64,000 nt of DNA from an uncultured Candidatus Saccharibacteria bacterium (lineage in GTDB: Bacteria; Patescibacteriota; Minisyncoccia; Phycocordibacterales; JACOZG01): assembly GCA_965230925.1 (NCBI GenBank), contig OZ246403.1, forward strand, positions 3,367 to 67,366, written 5' to 3'. Below, in pieces: positions 9,201 to 15,541 of this stretch. Position numbers and translations under genes: made by a program. Each line of letters opens with the position of its first letter. Positions within the stretch are counted from its first letter, which is position 1. The notes under the pieces are model-generated. The model was not told the origin of the DNA and did not search any database. It saw only the letters and a list, made by a program, of their open reading frames with translations.

Positions 9201-10894
9201 CCAATGAGGCCGTGACGGGTACGGGTATTTACAACACCCTCCAGTCTACTGTTGTCAATGGGGTGGTTGGCCAGACAAATTATGGTATTTATAATACGGT
9301 ATCAAAAACTGGAAACGATACTGCTGGTGCGACAGAAACCTACGGTATAGCCAGTTTGGCTTCAAATACTGGTTCTAGTGCGGGTACTAAAAATACTTAT
9401 GGCGGTTACTTCTCGGCTACTGGTAGCACTGGTGGCTCAGCGGTTACTTATGGTCTCTATTCTACCGCATCGGGAGGTGATTTAAATTATGCTGGATACT
9501 TCGATGCGGGTGACGTTGCTGTTGTTACAGGTAATTTATATGTGAGTGCTGGTAATTCCATTGTGACATCTGGAAAATTTGGCGTGGGGAGTAGTACCCC
9601 GTACGCCACGATCTCAGTCACCAATACTGGTTCTGGACCTTCTCTCGTGGTTGAAGACTCAACATCACCTGACACCACACCTTTTATCATTACCGCCGCT
9701 GGTGATGTGGGTATTGGCACCACTACTCCTTGGCGTAAGTTCTCAGTTGACGGCACAGTGAGCTTTCTTAACTTGACCAGCAATACTGGTGCTGTTACCG
9801 CTTCTATTTGTCTTGATTCTAATAATCAGGTAACTCGTAACACGCAAAACGAGACCTGTGTTGCTTCTTCACAACGATTTAAACACAATATTGAGTCGCT
9901 CCCAGAAGGATCAGGTTTGGCGGACCTCATGGACTTGAGACCGGTAACCTTTGAGTATAATGATCCTAATTTAGCTGGTATCCGGTATGGTTTTATTGCT
10001 GAAGAAGTTGAGCAAGTGGATGACCTTTTGGTTGGTTACGATAATGACGGTTTGGTCCACAGCGTGCGGCATTTAAGCATGATTCCATTAATGACCCAGG
10101 CCATTCAGGAGTTGAAGGGTCAGGTAGATATTCTTCAGTTGCAAATTGATGGCGGTGGAGTGGCTGGCTTAGCGCTTAATGCTCCACTCCAAACCAGCCA
10201 GCTAACCGTTGGCGAAATTGTGGCGCTTGATGGGCAAAAAATTACTTTCAATAACGACGTGGTGTTGCTCGGGCGACCGTACTTTAACTCTGATACTGGT
10301 GGCTTCGCCGAGATTGCGGAGGGTGATAAGGAGGTCGATGTGACTTTTGACGAAGAATATTCTGAAGATCCTGTAGTAAATGTAACACTCGCGGCGGATG
10401 AGAATGATGAAGAAGAAATTTTTGACGCTGATATTCGTTACTTGGTGACCGAGAAGGGAACTACTGGCTTTACGATTAAGCTCAACAAAAATGCGCCGGA
10501 GAAATTGATGTTTAACTGGATTGCTCTCGCGGTGAAGGACGCGAAAACTTTCCACTCGGAAATGATTGAGGGGCTCACCTTGCCAAGTGATGACAACGAC
10601 AACAATGGTAGTGGTGGTGGTAATAATGAAGAACAGAATGAAAATAATAATGAGGAAAGCCAAAATGATCAGAGTGAGCCCGAGCCGCCTGTTGATGAGA
10701 CAAATGATGAGCCTGTTGATGAGCCGAGCGATGAACCCGAACCCCCGACAGATGAACCAGAACCCCCTGCTGACGAGCCCGCAGATGATGAAGAAGTGAG
10801 CGAGTCGGAACCACCAGCCGAAGAAGTGGAAAATTCTGACGATTCAGGTGATAATGGCGGATCAGAAGAACCAGCTGAACCAGAAAATCCATGA
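248..10894 (+). CDS. Giant secreted Thr/Ser/Gly-rich fibre/adhesin protein (3548 aa). It has an N-terminal signal peptide and many internally repeated beta-rich modules. Phage tail-fibre-like repeats (ITGLA(N/D)PSS..DAA(N/T)K.YVDS) are present. A C-terminal peptidase S74 / endosialidase-type intramolecular chaperone auto-processing domain (about 9815..10150) is followed by an acidic D/E/P-rich tail (about 10570..10894).
   Basis: One continuous 10.6-kb ORF. The signal peptide is MRKSRLFLYLVIFSFIFSSIFPTALAQG. The motif SSQRFKHNIESL...FIAEEVEQVDDLLV...MIPLMTQAIQEL matches the Ser-Lys dyad region of tail-spike chaperone domains. The tail is rich in DEPEPP. The protein is paralogous to 54692..59992. 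Confidence 0.85.
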   Translation: MRKSRLFLYLVIFSFIFSSIFPTALAQGVPTVISYQGRLADSSGNLLGGSGTTYYFKFSIWDNATVGSGSQLYPSSSPSSVSATVRQGVFTTSIDVSGYNFNREDAVYLQVEASSDNSTFQTLSPRQRVTASAFAELAGAVSGTGSSSFGTTTPITNSQVTVEATTTTAIPLALRGASGQTANLFQIQNASASNLFYVNSSGAVFASSTLQVAATTTIYSDLVLSGTTKFNGNTYTWPSSIGAGNFLQTDASGNLTWASTGASAGGWTDGGTTVSPTASTDLISFTQGSSTMFSVLENAYFGRTATSTFDSAGNLNLASTGEYYIGGTNVLDATTLGSSVLASSLTSVGTLSSLAVSGLSTLTGGIFTNNATSTITNLTTVNATSTNATTTRLAITGLATPAGTFLAVNPNGQVIATTTPSGSGSVSSVSNANGTLTISPTTGAVVASLNLGNANTWTALQSFSSASSSLFSNTGTAYFGGTATSTFNSAGALTLASALAVTSGGTGATSLDNLITLGTHTTGNYLATLTNAGGLTVANSGSETAGVTIAIDTANPNTWTGLQQFTAASTTRLSVYGPSYFGGTATSTFDTAGNLNLASGAAYSINGTSVLNANTLGSGITASSLTSLGTLSSLSASGLSTLTGGILANNSTSTITNLTMVNSTSTNATTTNLAISGLATAAGTFLAVNPNGQVIATTTPTSGIITIEENNSTVTSSATVIDFLGADFTVTGASGEGDVAIDYANSGITRVGQNETVTGSWTLSGLTTMARASSSLFSNTGTAYFGGTATSTFDSAGILTLINSGLHVFDTNASHDLIITPGSDLTADRILTITTGDSARTLTLTGDTSLTGTNSGDVTLAGTPDYITISGQVITRGTIDIGDDTNLAATYPLILTGDTLSSALATTSSNTWAGTQTFNDIVVTDATTTSFTVGTDYLTDITGGGLTLSANALTVDDVTPTMLQSADFGDFTCNGTSCALDSDSITLATDTTGNYVATLSSSGSITVANSGSENAAVTANLNMGNANTWTALQSFSNASSSLFSNTGTAYFGGTATSSFSSTGALTLASALGIASGGTNNTSFSNNSLLFYNGTSIVSTSTSPLYVGAIVATSTTATTTISTGGLAVATNKLVVQQTSGNVGIGTASPTTGLDVDVASDFSGDVTVSGGSTLTISSTGAINQTGSGQVTFAGNVDATNGLDVTNANFTVGGNKLTVAPATGNTAVAGTIAVTGAAAASSTLQVTGATRLYSTLTTDGALTASAAGTGLSVTNNASVGGTLAVTGAATLSNNLAVTGTLSAAATTLSGNLAMGSNRITGLANPSSDNDAANKTYVDSIAQGLSLKDSVRVGTTANITLSGEQTIDGVSVVAGNRVLVKNQSTASQNGIYTAASGAWSRSTDADESSEVTAGMFTFITEGSTNANSGWVLTTTGTITLGSTSLSFTQFSGAGSIIAGTGMTKSGNTLDVAGTTDRITANADSIDIASTYVGQASITTTGALSSGSIGSSFGAIDIGADALTAGAISGTNVSASGNLAITGTSAFTGNVTMSGTLAVATTTLSGDIVMSGKKITGLADPSSAQEAATKAYVDSVAQGLTVKEAARGASTANLTLSGEQTVDGVALVAGDRILVKNQSTGSQNGIYVVASGAWSRSSDANENGEIASGMYVFVSSGTTQANTGWSLTTTGSITIDSTSLAFTQFSGSTDITAGAGLTKTGTTIDIVGTANRITVAADAIDIAATYVGQSSITTTGALVSGSIASGFGNINIGASTLAAGESTFATTTSFGDVAIGRTATTTIKGNSATSTFSGGISLAAGNLNLATGGSYLINNINILNATTLGSSVVSSSLTGVGTLASGAISAGFGAIDIGADTLAAGATTLTTLSASGLSTLTGGILANNATSTITNLTMVNATTTSATTTNFAISGLATAAGTLLAVDPNGRVVATSTPQGTVTSVSNSNGTLTISPTTGAVVASLNLGNANTWTALQTFSSGLLSTSSSTITSLTMVNSTSTSATTTNLAISGLATAAGTFLAVNPNGQVIATTTPTSGIITIEENNSTVTSSATVIDFLGADFTVTGASGEGDIAIDYANSGITRVGQNETVTGAWTFSGLSSFARASSTLFSNTGTAYFGGTATSTFDSSGVLTLVNSGLHLFDTNSSHDLIITPGSDLTADRILTITTGDSARTLTLTGDTSLTGTNTGDVTLAGTPDYITISGQVITRNTIDIGDDTNLAATYPLILTGDTLSSALATTSSNTWAGTQTFNDIVVTDATTTSLTVGTDYLTDITGGGLTLSGNALTVDDVTPTMLQSADFGDFTCNGTTCSLDNDTVAEAELDLSAVTLNDFTNDAGFVTTSGANTWTSLQQFARASSTMLSVYGPAYFGATATSSFDTAGNLNLASGAAYSIAGASVLNATTLGSNVVASSLTSVGALNGGSITSGFGAIDIGTDGFTGGNLTLSATGTAISLGVGSTTPWGRFSVELDTYNPAMVVANQGSSSPAFYIGGVNQNGRIGIGTKTPNDMLEVSGNIALTDDGTAKTIGIYQGSFGTDLTVRASDSGDITAGHLNLTAGSAGGGTGGNVNITSGNGFAGSDGSINLSAPTTGGAVNIVGQIMNIGSAGVKITADGDGALTLLGLGDGSDENLVINFDDTANEIDITSSTGVTRVDYNSLIIESGALQVDTAATGVNIDTDGDGMLILLGTSTGADEDLRINLDDTANVIEFTSTTGATEARFSSIGLLSTASSTIGAGGVTTGLTVSGTATTTLDVVVLGQDIQLGSAGVKMTDDGDGAITFLGLGNGNDESLTLNLDDTSNQAVWTTGTSISLWDLQSMGLNALELSVGTTSPWGDLSVEMDTDSPSFVVANQGSTTPAFFIGGVNANGKIGIGTASPSAILDITGDVVQTFTGTTGDAHTITASSLTTGSALVLTGPSATDEGVDDALLKLVGNVENVASGGGLFSSTATLETNSGTVGNNVYVSTVNSNEAVTGTGIYNTLQSTVVNGVVGQTNYGIYNTVSKTGNDTAGATETYGIASLASNTGSSAGTKNTYGGYFSATGSTGGSAVTYGLYSTASGGDLNYAGYFDAGDVAVVTGNLYVSAGNSIVTSGKFGVGSSTPYATISVTNTGSGPSLVVEDSTSPDTTPFIITAAGDVGIGTTTPWRKFSVDGTVSFLNLTSNTGAVTASICLDSNNQVTRNTQNETCVASSQRFKHNIESLPEGSGLADLMDLRPVTFEYNDPNLAGIRYGFIAEEVEQVDDLLVGYDNDGLVHSVRHLSMIPLMTQAIQELKGQVDILQLQIDGGGVAGLALNAPLQTSQLTVGEIVALDGQKITFNNDVVLLGRPYFNSDTGGFAEIAEGDKEVDVTFDEEYSEDPVVNVTLAADENDEEEIFDADIRYLVTEKGTTGFTIKLNKNAPEKLMFNWIALAVKDAKTFHSEMIEGLTLPSDDNDNNGSGGGNNEEQNENNNEESQNDQSEPEPPVDETNDEPVDEPSDEPEPPTDEPEPPADEPADDEEVSESEPPAEEVENSDDSGDNGGSEEPAEPENP
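2200..3200 (+). repeat. About 1-kb intragenic direct repeat, copy 1 (near-identical copy at about 6245..7245)
   Basis: The DNA and protein blocks NPNGQVIATTTPTSGIITIEENNST...FGDFTCNGT(S/T)C are almost identical in both copies. Confidence 0.8.
4110..5625 (+). repeat. Tandem duplication of an about 760-bp (about 253-aa) module, two copies (about 4110..4869 and 4870..5625)
   Basis: Each copy contains ITGLA(N/D)PSS..DAA(N/T)K(T/A)YVDS(I/V)AQGL...VKNQST.SQNGIY..ASGAWSRS.DA...FTQFSG. The two copies are about 75-80% identical. Confidence 0.75.
6245..7245 (+). repeat. About 1-kb intragenic direct repeat, copy 2 (pair of 2200..3200)
   Basis: Same block, about 90% or more nucleotide identity judged by eye, located 4.04 kb downstream of copy 1. 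Confidence 0.8.
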
Positions 10895-11250
10895 AAAAGC
10901 GTTTAATCATTATTATAGTAATCCTTATAATTATCGCTGCAGGGGCCTACTTTCTGAGCGGTTTCTTTAAGGTTGAGGTTAGTTCTGACTCGGTGGCAGC
11001 CACGGCGAATGAGTCTCGCGGTATTGTGGAGCGGGTGAGCAAACTAGTGATTTTGCCTGAGGGTGAGAACCCGGTGGTGGCCACAGTCAATGATCTCCGA
11101 CCGCTCGCGGATAAACCCTTTTTCAAGAACGCGAAAGTGGGTTACAAACTTCTTATTTACGAGAAGGCGGGGCGCGGTGTTCTCTATGATCCAGTAAAAA
11201 ACAGGGTGGTAGAGATGGCCAGCATTAGTCTTGGCAAATTGCCAGAATAG
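10891..11250 (+). CDS. Small membrane-anchored hypothetical protein (119 aa, N-terminal TM helix)
   Basis: The ATGA start overlaps the stop of the giant gene. The N-terminus MKKRLIIIIVILIIIAAGAYF is hydrophobic. No recognisable domain. Confidence 0.5.
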   Translation: MKKRLIIIIVILIIIAAGAYFLSGFFKVEVSSDSVAATANESRGIVERVSKLVILPEGENPVVATVNDLRPLADKPFFKNAKVGYKLLIYEKAGRGVLYDPVKNRVVEMASISLGKLPE

Positions 11251-11266
11251 TTTAAAATATCAAACC

Positions 11267-11725
11267 ATGGAAACAGAAACAATAGAAATTAAAAAGAAGG
11301 GAGGGAATGTGTGGTGGGTCATTTTATTAATCGTCATTTTGGTGCTCCTCGCTGGTTGGTGGTGGAAAACGGACGGTAATTTGTTTTCTTCCTCAGTCTC
11401 CAGTAATTATCAGGCGGTATTCTTGAGCAATAATCAAGTGTATTTTGGTAAATTAAGCGATCAGAATTCGCGCTACCCCAAGCTCACTGATATTTACTAT
11501 TTGCAGGTGCCGCAATCACTCCAACCCGGTCAGTCAAACAACAATATTAATCTCGTGAAGCTCGGCAGTGAGCTACATGGTCCCGCTGATAAAATGGAAA
11601 TTAATCGCGACCACATCCTTTTTGTCGAGGATCTCAAGACAGACTCCCAAGTTGTTCAAGCTATTGAGCAATATAAGAAAAATCAAGCTACCACTCCCGC
11701 TCCTGCTACCCCTGCCGGTAACTAA
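11267..11725 (+). CDS. Hypothetical single-pass membrane protein (alternative start at 11231)
   Basis: The ORF has a TM segment WWVILLIVILVLLAGWWW followed by a soluble domain. No family recognised. Confidence 0.45.
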   Translation: METETIEIKKKGGNVWWVILLIVILVLLAGWWWKTDGNLFSSSVSSNYQAVFLSNNQVYFGKLSDQNSRYPKLTDIYYLQVPQSLQPGQSNNNINLVKLGSELHGPADKMEINRDHILFVEDLKTDSQVVQAIEQYKKNQATTPAPATPAGN

Positions 11726-11744
11726 AATCTAGATTTGAGGCAAA

Positions 11745-11778
11745 ACAAAAACCCCGAGCGTAACCTCGGGGTTTTTGT
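11745..11778 (+). terminator. Rho-independent terminator hairpin (CCCCGAG-cgtaac-CTCGGGG followed by TTTTT)
   Basis: A perfect 7-bp GC-rich stem (11751-11770) is followed by a T-run at 11771-11775. Confidence 0.6.
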
Positions 11779-11787
11779 TACAATTTA

Positions 11788-13104
11788 ATGGCAAAGGTGA
11801 CAAGGAGATTAATAAGTGTTTTTTCAGTCGTTGCGATTCTGGCAATTTTTTCTGTCAGTTTTCGCTTTGGTTTCGCTGAAGAGTTTACTTCTTCCAGTTT
11901 TCGCGTGCTTGATCCGGTGCTGGCGCCGTCTGGTTTTTCGAGTTCAACCAGCTTTCAATTGTTTTCTAGCTTAGCTGAACTCGCCATTGGCACGAGCACT
12001 GCCTCAAGTTTTACCCTTGGTTCTGGTTTCTTGCTTTTCCCACAAGTTGATACGCCCGCTGTCTCGGCCACGGCCGGTGCGCAGCAAGTGGCGCTCTCTT
12101 GGACAGCCTCGACCGGTTACCTCGGTTGGACGGTAAATGGTTACGATGTGGGTCAGGCCACGGTTTCTGGTGGGCCGTATTCTTACACCTCGCTCGGAAA
12201 TGTTTTGAGTTCCACTCGCACTGGTCTTACCGCGAGCGTGCCTTATTACTTTGTGATTCGCCCCCTTGATGTCTTTGGTAATGCTCTTGCCACCTCCACT
12301 GAGGTTACGGCTACACCCACAGCATCTTCGGGTGGTGGCGGAGGTGGTGGGGGCGGCGGTAGCAGTAGCGATACGGAAGTGATTTTAATCGGTCGTGCTT
12401 ACCCGCTTAGCCGTGTAACCGTGCTAAAAGATGGTCAAGTTGCAATCACCACCATTGCGGGTCCGGATGCCAAGTTTAATATTACTGTTGGCGATCTTAA
12501 TGCTGGTAGCTATATCTTTGCTGTGTATGCTGAAGATGAAGCGGGTCGCCGTTCAAGTTTGTTTACTTTTCCGCTCACGCTGACAAATGGTGCTTCAACC
12601 CAAATTAGCGGCATTTTTCTCGCGCCTACGATCGCGGTTGATAAGTCTGAAGTGAAGCAGGGCGATAATATTGCGATCTTTGGTCAGGCTCAAGCGACTT
12701 CAAGTGTGACCATTGCCGTAAATTCACTACAACCTTTCTTTGCTACTACCACCGCTGATGTTGATGGTGTTTATCTTTATAATTTCGACACCGTTGTGTT
12801 GGAGCTCGGCGATCACAGCACCAAGGCTAAGTCGACAGTGGGGAATGAGATTTCTTCTTTCAGCCAAACCGTGGCCTTTAAGGTTGGCGATCAAAACGTG
12901 CTTCCCACGCCCGGCGCTTGCCCGGCGAAGGCTGATCTCAATAATGATTGCCGAGTGAACCTTGTCGACTTCTCCATCGCGGCGTATTGGTATCACCGGC
13001 CGCTCTCGGTTGATTTTGCAGTTAAGGAGAAGGATAAATTAAATGGCGACAATCAGATAAACTTGGTCGACTTTAGTATCATGGCGTATTATTGGACGGG
13101 TTAA
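11788..13104 (+). CDS. Secreted protein with an FN3/Ig-like region, a poly-Gly linker and a C-terminal tandem dockerin-like Ca-binding repeat pair (12931..13095)
   Basis: Signal peptide present. GGGGGGGGGG linker present. Two repeats, ADLNNDCRVNLVDFSIAAYWY and KLNGDNQINLVDFSIMAYYW, fit the dockerin loop pattern D-x-N-x-D-x-x-VN-x-x-D. Confidence 0.55.
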   Translation: MAKVTRRLISVFSVVAILAIFSVSFRFGFAEEFTSSSFRVLDPVLAPSGFSSSTSFQLFSSLAELAIGTSTASSFTLGSGFLLFPQVDTPAVSATAGAQQVALSWTASTGYLGWTVNGYDVGQATVSGGPYSYTSLGNVLSSTRTGLTASVPYYFVIRPLDVFGNALATSTEVTATPTASSGGGGGGGGGGSSSDTEVILIGRAYPLSRVTVLKDGQVAITTIAGPDAKFNITVGDLNAGSYIFAVYAEDEAGRRSSLFTFPLTLTNGASTQISGIFLAPTIAVDKSEVKQGDNIAIFGQAQATSSVTIAVNSLQPFFATTTADVDGVYLYNFDTVVLELGDHSTKAKSTVGNEISSFSQTVAFKVGDQNVLPTPGACPAKADLNNDCRVNLVDFSIAAYWYHRPLSVDFAVKEKDKLNGDNQINLVDFSIMAYYWTG

Positions 13105-13856
13105 ACATGGCAAAACTTTATTTTATTGAAGAAAATGGTTTGGTAAAACTGCTTCTCGATTCGCCTAACGAGAAGGTTAACTCTGTGGCTGGAGAAATTA
13201 CTTTGTCGGCAGGGACGGAGGTGCGCCAAGTACTTGAAGCTAATTCACTTATTAACTTCTGGTTAGACAAACCGGCAGTTAAAGAAAATAAAATAATTTT
13301 TTCTGGCATTATTCCGGGTGGTTATCAGGGTGCCGGTGGGCAAATTTTGAGTTTTTCTTGGCAGCCGCTACCAAATGTGCGCCTCTCTCGGGTGGAAGCC
13401 ACAATTGATGAAGAGCAAGTTCTTCTGCATGACGGTGTGGGTACGCCGGCTAAATTGCTGGTTGAACCACTCGTTTTATCAAGTGTTTCCGCTGCGGCAG
13501 AAGAATTAAATGATGAAATTCCACCGGAAACATTTACTCCGCTTATTTCCTCTGATCCCGCCCTTTTCGACGGACAAAAGTTTTTGGTTTTTCAAACTCA
13601 AGACAAGCAATCTGGTATTGATTACTACGAGGTTAAGGAAGGTCGCGGTGAGTGGTTGCGCGTTGAGAGTCCGTATCTTTTGCCGGATCAAACGGTGGCT
13701 GAGAGAATTTTGGTAAAAGCCGTTGATTTGGCGGGCAATGAACGAGTTGTCACAGCGTTTTCCCCCAGCGTCTCGTATCTTTATTATATCGGTGGCGGTA
13801 TAATTGTTTTGGTCCTATGTCTCATCGCGTGGAAAAAATTGTTTTCTCGTTCTTAA
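13092..13856 (+). CDS. Membrane-anchored (C-terminal TM) protein with an N-terminal cohesin-like domain and an Ig-like (VDxAGN) domain; alternative start at 13107
   Basis: GEITLSAGTEVRQVLEANSLINFWLD...IIFSGIIPGGYQGAGGQILSFSWQ resembles a cohesin beta-sandwich. C-terminal TM segment IGGGIIVLVLCLIAW. Shares the IDYYE...AVDLAGN module with the next gene. Confidence 0.4.
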   Translation: MDGLNMAKLYFIEENGLVKLLLDSPNEKVNSVAGEITLSAGTEVRQVLEANSLINFWLDKPAVKENKIIFSGIIPGGYQGAGGQILSFSWQPLPNVRLSRVEATIDEEQVLLHDGVGTPAKLLVEPLVLSSVSAAAEELNDEIPPETFTPLISSDPALFDGQKFLVFQTQDKQSGIDYYEVKEGRGEWLRVESPYLLPDQTVAERILVKAVDLAGNERVVTAFSPSVSYLYYIGGGIIVLVLCLIAWKKLFSRS

Positions 13857-15532
13857 TTGCGTTAGCTGTTTTTCTTCCGGCGCAACTTTTCGCGGCCACT
13901 CTTTCTGTTTCCCCACCAAGTGGAGCGTATTCTGTGGGGCAACTTTTTTCTGTTCAGGTAAATGCGGGTAGTAGCGATAAGGCGCTAAATGCCATTGCGG
14001 GCACACTCAGCTTCCCGGCCGATACGCTTGAGGCCGTGGCGGTTAATAAAACAAACTCCATCCTTTCTTATTGGGTGACTGAGCCGGTGATTACTAATAC
14101 AACCGGGACGGTTAAGTTTGAGGGCGTGGTGCCAAATCCTGGTTTTATTGGTCCTACTGGCCAAGCTGTTAGTATTACTTTCCGCGGCAAGAAGCCGGGC
14201 AGTGCGCCCATTACTTTTGCCAGTGGTTCTATCCTCGCCAATGATGGCGCGGGGACCGAGATTCTTAGTGGTATGTCGGGCGCCACGTTTACTATTGTGG
14301 GCACTCCGGTGCCTCCACCGCCGGTAATTCCTGCCGTGACACGAGTGCCGGCGGCGCCCAAGGTAACTTCAAGTACTCATCCTGATCCTGAGGTTTGGTA
14401 TGCAAGCAGTGCGCCCGCTTTTGCTTGGTCGCTTGGCGCCGATATTGATGGGGTCAACTTTGTGGGTGATAAGATTGCCGACAATAATCCGGGCACTAAG
14501 TCCGATGGTCTGATCTCGAAGTATCAATACGACGATGTGTCTGATGGACAGTGGTATTTCCATCTCCGTCTGCGCAATGCTGCTGGTTGGGGCGAGATTA
14601 CCCACTTTGGCTTCAAGATCGACACAACGAAGCCGGAACAATTTGAGGCAAGTCTCTTACCGCGTCAGGATGCTGGTGAGACCGAGCTTGGTGTTTTGGT
14701 GGCCGCCAGCGATAAAACCTCCGGAATTGACCACTACGAATTTAGTCTAGACGGCAGTGAGGCGGTAATTTGGGAAGATGATGGTAATCATTTATATCGA
14801 TTTAATGCTTTGCCAGGTAACCGCACCCTTATTGCTCGTGCCGTAGACAAGGCGGGGAATTATTTGGAGAAAGAACTTACGTTTACAGTAGACGGTTTAA
14901 CGCCGCCAGTGCTTGATCCTTTGCCGCCAGAATTGCCATATGGCGACACCTTAGGCATTACCGGTAGCACATACCCTAATCTCGAGGTGTATCTCACGGT
15001 CGCTGGTGAGAGAGGTGAGAAGTATGATTACCGCCTCTCAAGTGATCCGCTTGGTAAATTCTCGCTCGCGGTGGAGCAGAAGTTGAAGGAAGGAGAATAT
15101 CGCGTGAGCGCTTTTGTCATGAACGATCGCGGTTTGAGAAGCGACAATAGCGCGCCGGTAATTGTGAAAGTTAAACTCTCTTCATTTTGGAAGCTGAGCC
15201 TTATCACCACCAATGTGCTGGCGGTTACTATACCCATTCTTGCTCTCCTGCTCCTCCTGTTCTTCTTAATTTGGTATGCTTGGCACAAAATGCGAGCCTT
15301 TAAGAAACGATTACGCAAAGAGACGCGTGAGGCGGAGCAAGCTCTACATCAAGCCTTCGATCTCTTGCGAACTGATTTAGTAGAAGGGGTTGATCGTTTG
15401 GAAACGGCTGGCGATAAACGCGAGTTAACCCGCGATGAAAAAGCTTTGCTCCGCCAATTCCGCAAATCGCTCGACGAAGCCGAAAAATTCGTCCGCAAAG
15501 AAATTATGGACATCGAGAAGGAGGTAGATTAG
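13817..15532 (+). CDS. Secreted, C-terminally membrane-anchored protein with a cohesin-like domain (about 13890..14300), Ig/FN3-like domains, a TM helix and a charged cytoplasmic coiled-coil tail
   Basis: Signal peptide present. LSVSPPSGAYSVGQLFSVQVNAGSSDKALNAIAGTLSFPADTLEAVAV...TVKFEGVVPN...SITFRGKKPGSAPITF fits cohesin. TM segment VLAVTIPILALLLLLFFLIWYAW. The tail is K/R/E-rich and helical. Confidence 0.45.
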   Translation: MSHRVEKIVFSFLIALAVFLPAQLFAATLSVSPPSGAYSVGQLFSVQVNAGSSDKALNAIAGTLSFPADTLEAVAVNKTNSILSYWVTEPVITNTTGTVKFEGVVPNPGFIGPTGQAVSITFRGKKPGSAPITFASGSILANDGAGTEILSGMSGATFTIVGTPVPPPPVIPAVTRVPAAPKVTSSTHPDPEVWYASSAPAFAWSLGADIDGVNFVGDKIADNNPGTKSDGLISKYQYDDVSDGQWYFHLRLRNAAGWGEITHFGFKIDTTKPEQFEASLLPRQDAGETELGVLVAASDKTSGIDHYEFSLDGSEAVIWEDDGNHLYRFNALPGNRTLIARAVDKAGNYLEKELTFTVDGLTPPVLDPLPPELPYGDTLGITGSTYPNLEVYLTVAGERGEKYDYRLSSDPLGKFSLAVEQKLKEGEYRVSAFVMNDRGLRSDNSAPVIVKVKLSSFWKLSLITTNVLAVTIPILALLLLLFFLIWYAWHKMRAFKKRLRKETREAEQALHQAFDLLRTDLVEGVDRLETAGDKRELTRDEKALLRQFRKSLDEAEKFVRKEIMDIEKEVD

Positions 15533-15541
15533 AGTTAGTTA

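Noticed and set aside
375-10910. Dozens of 60-160-aa ORFs on both strands nested inside the giant gene (for example 375..617, 1216..1413, 3003..3443, 6094..6510, 10202..10663, 10575..10910)
   Set aside because: They lie in alternative frames of a continuous 10.6-kb ORF whose repetitive ACC/GGT/TCT-rich codons suppress stops in other frames. Their translations are low-complexity Pro/Leu/Val/Arg strings with no start context and no domain features.
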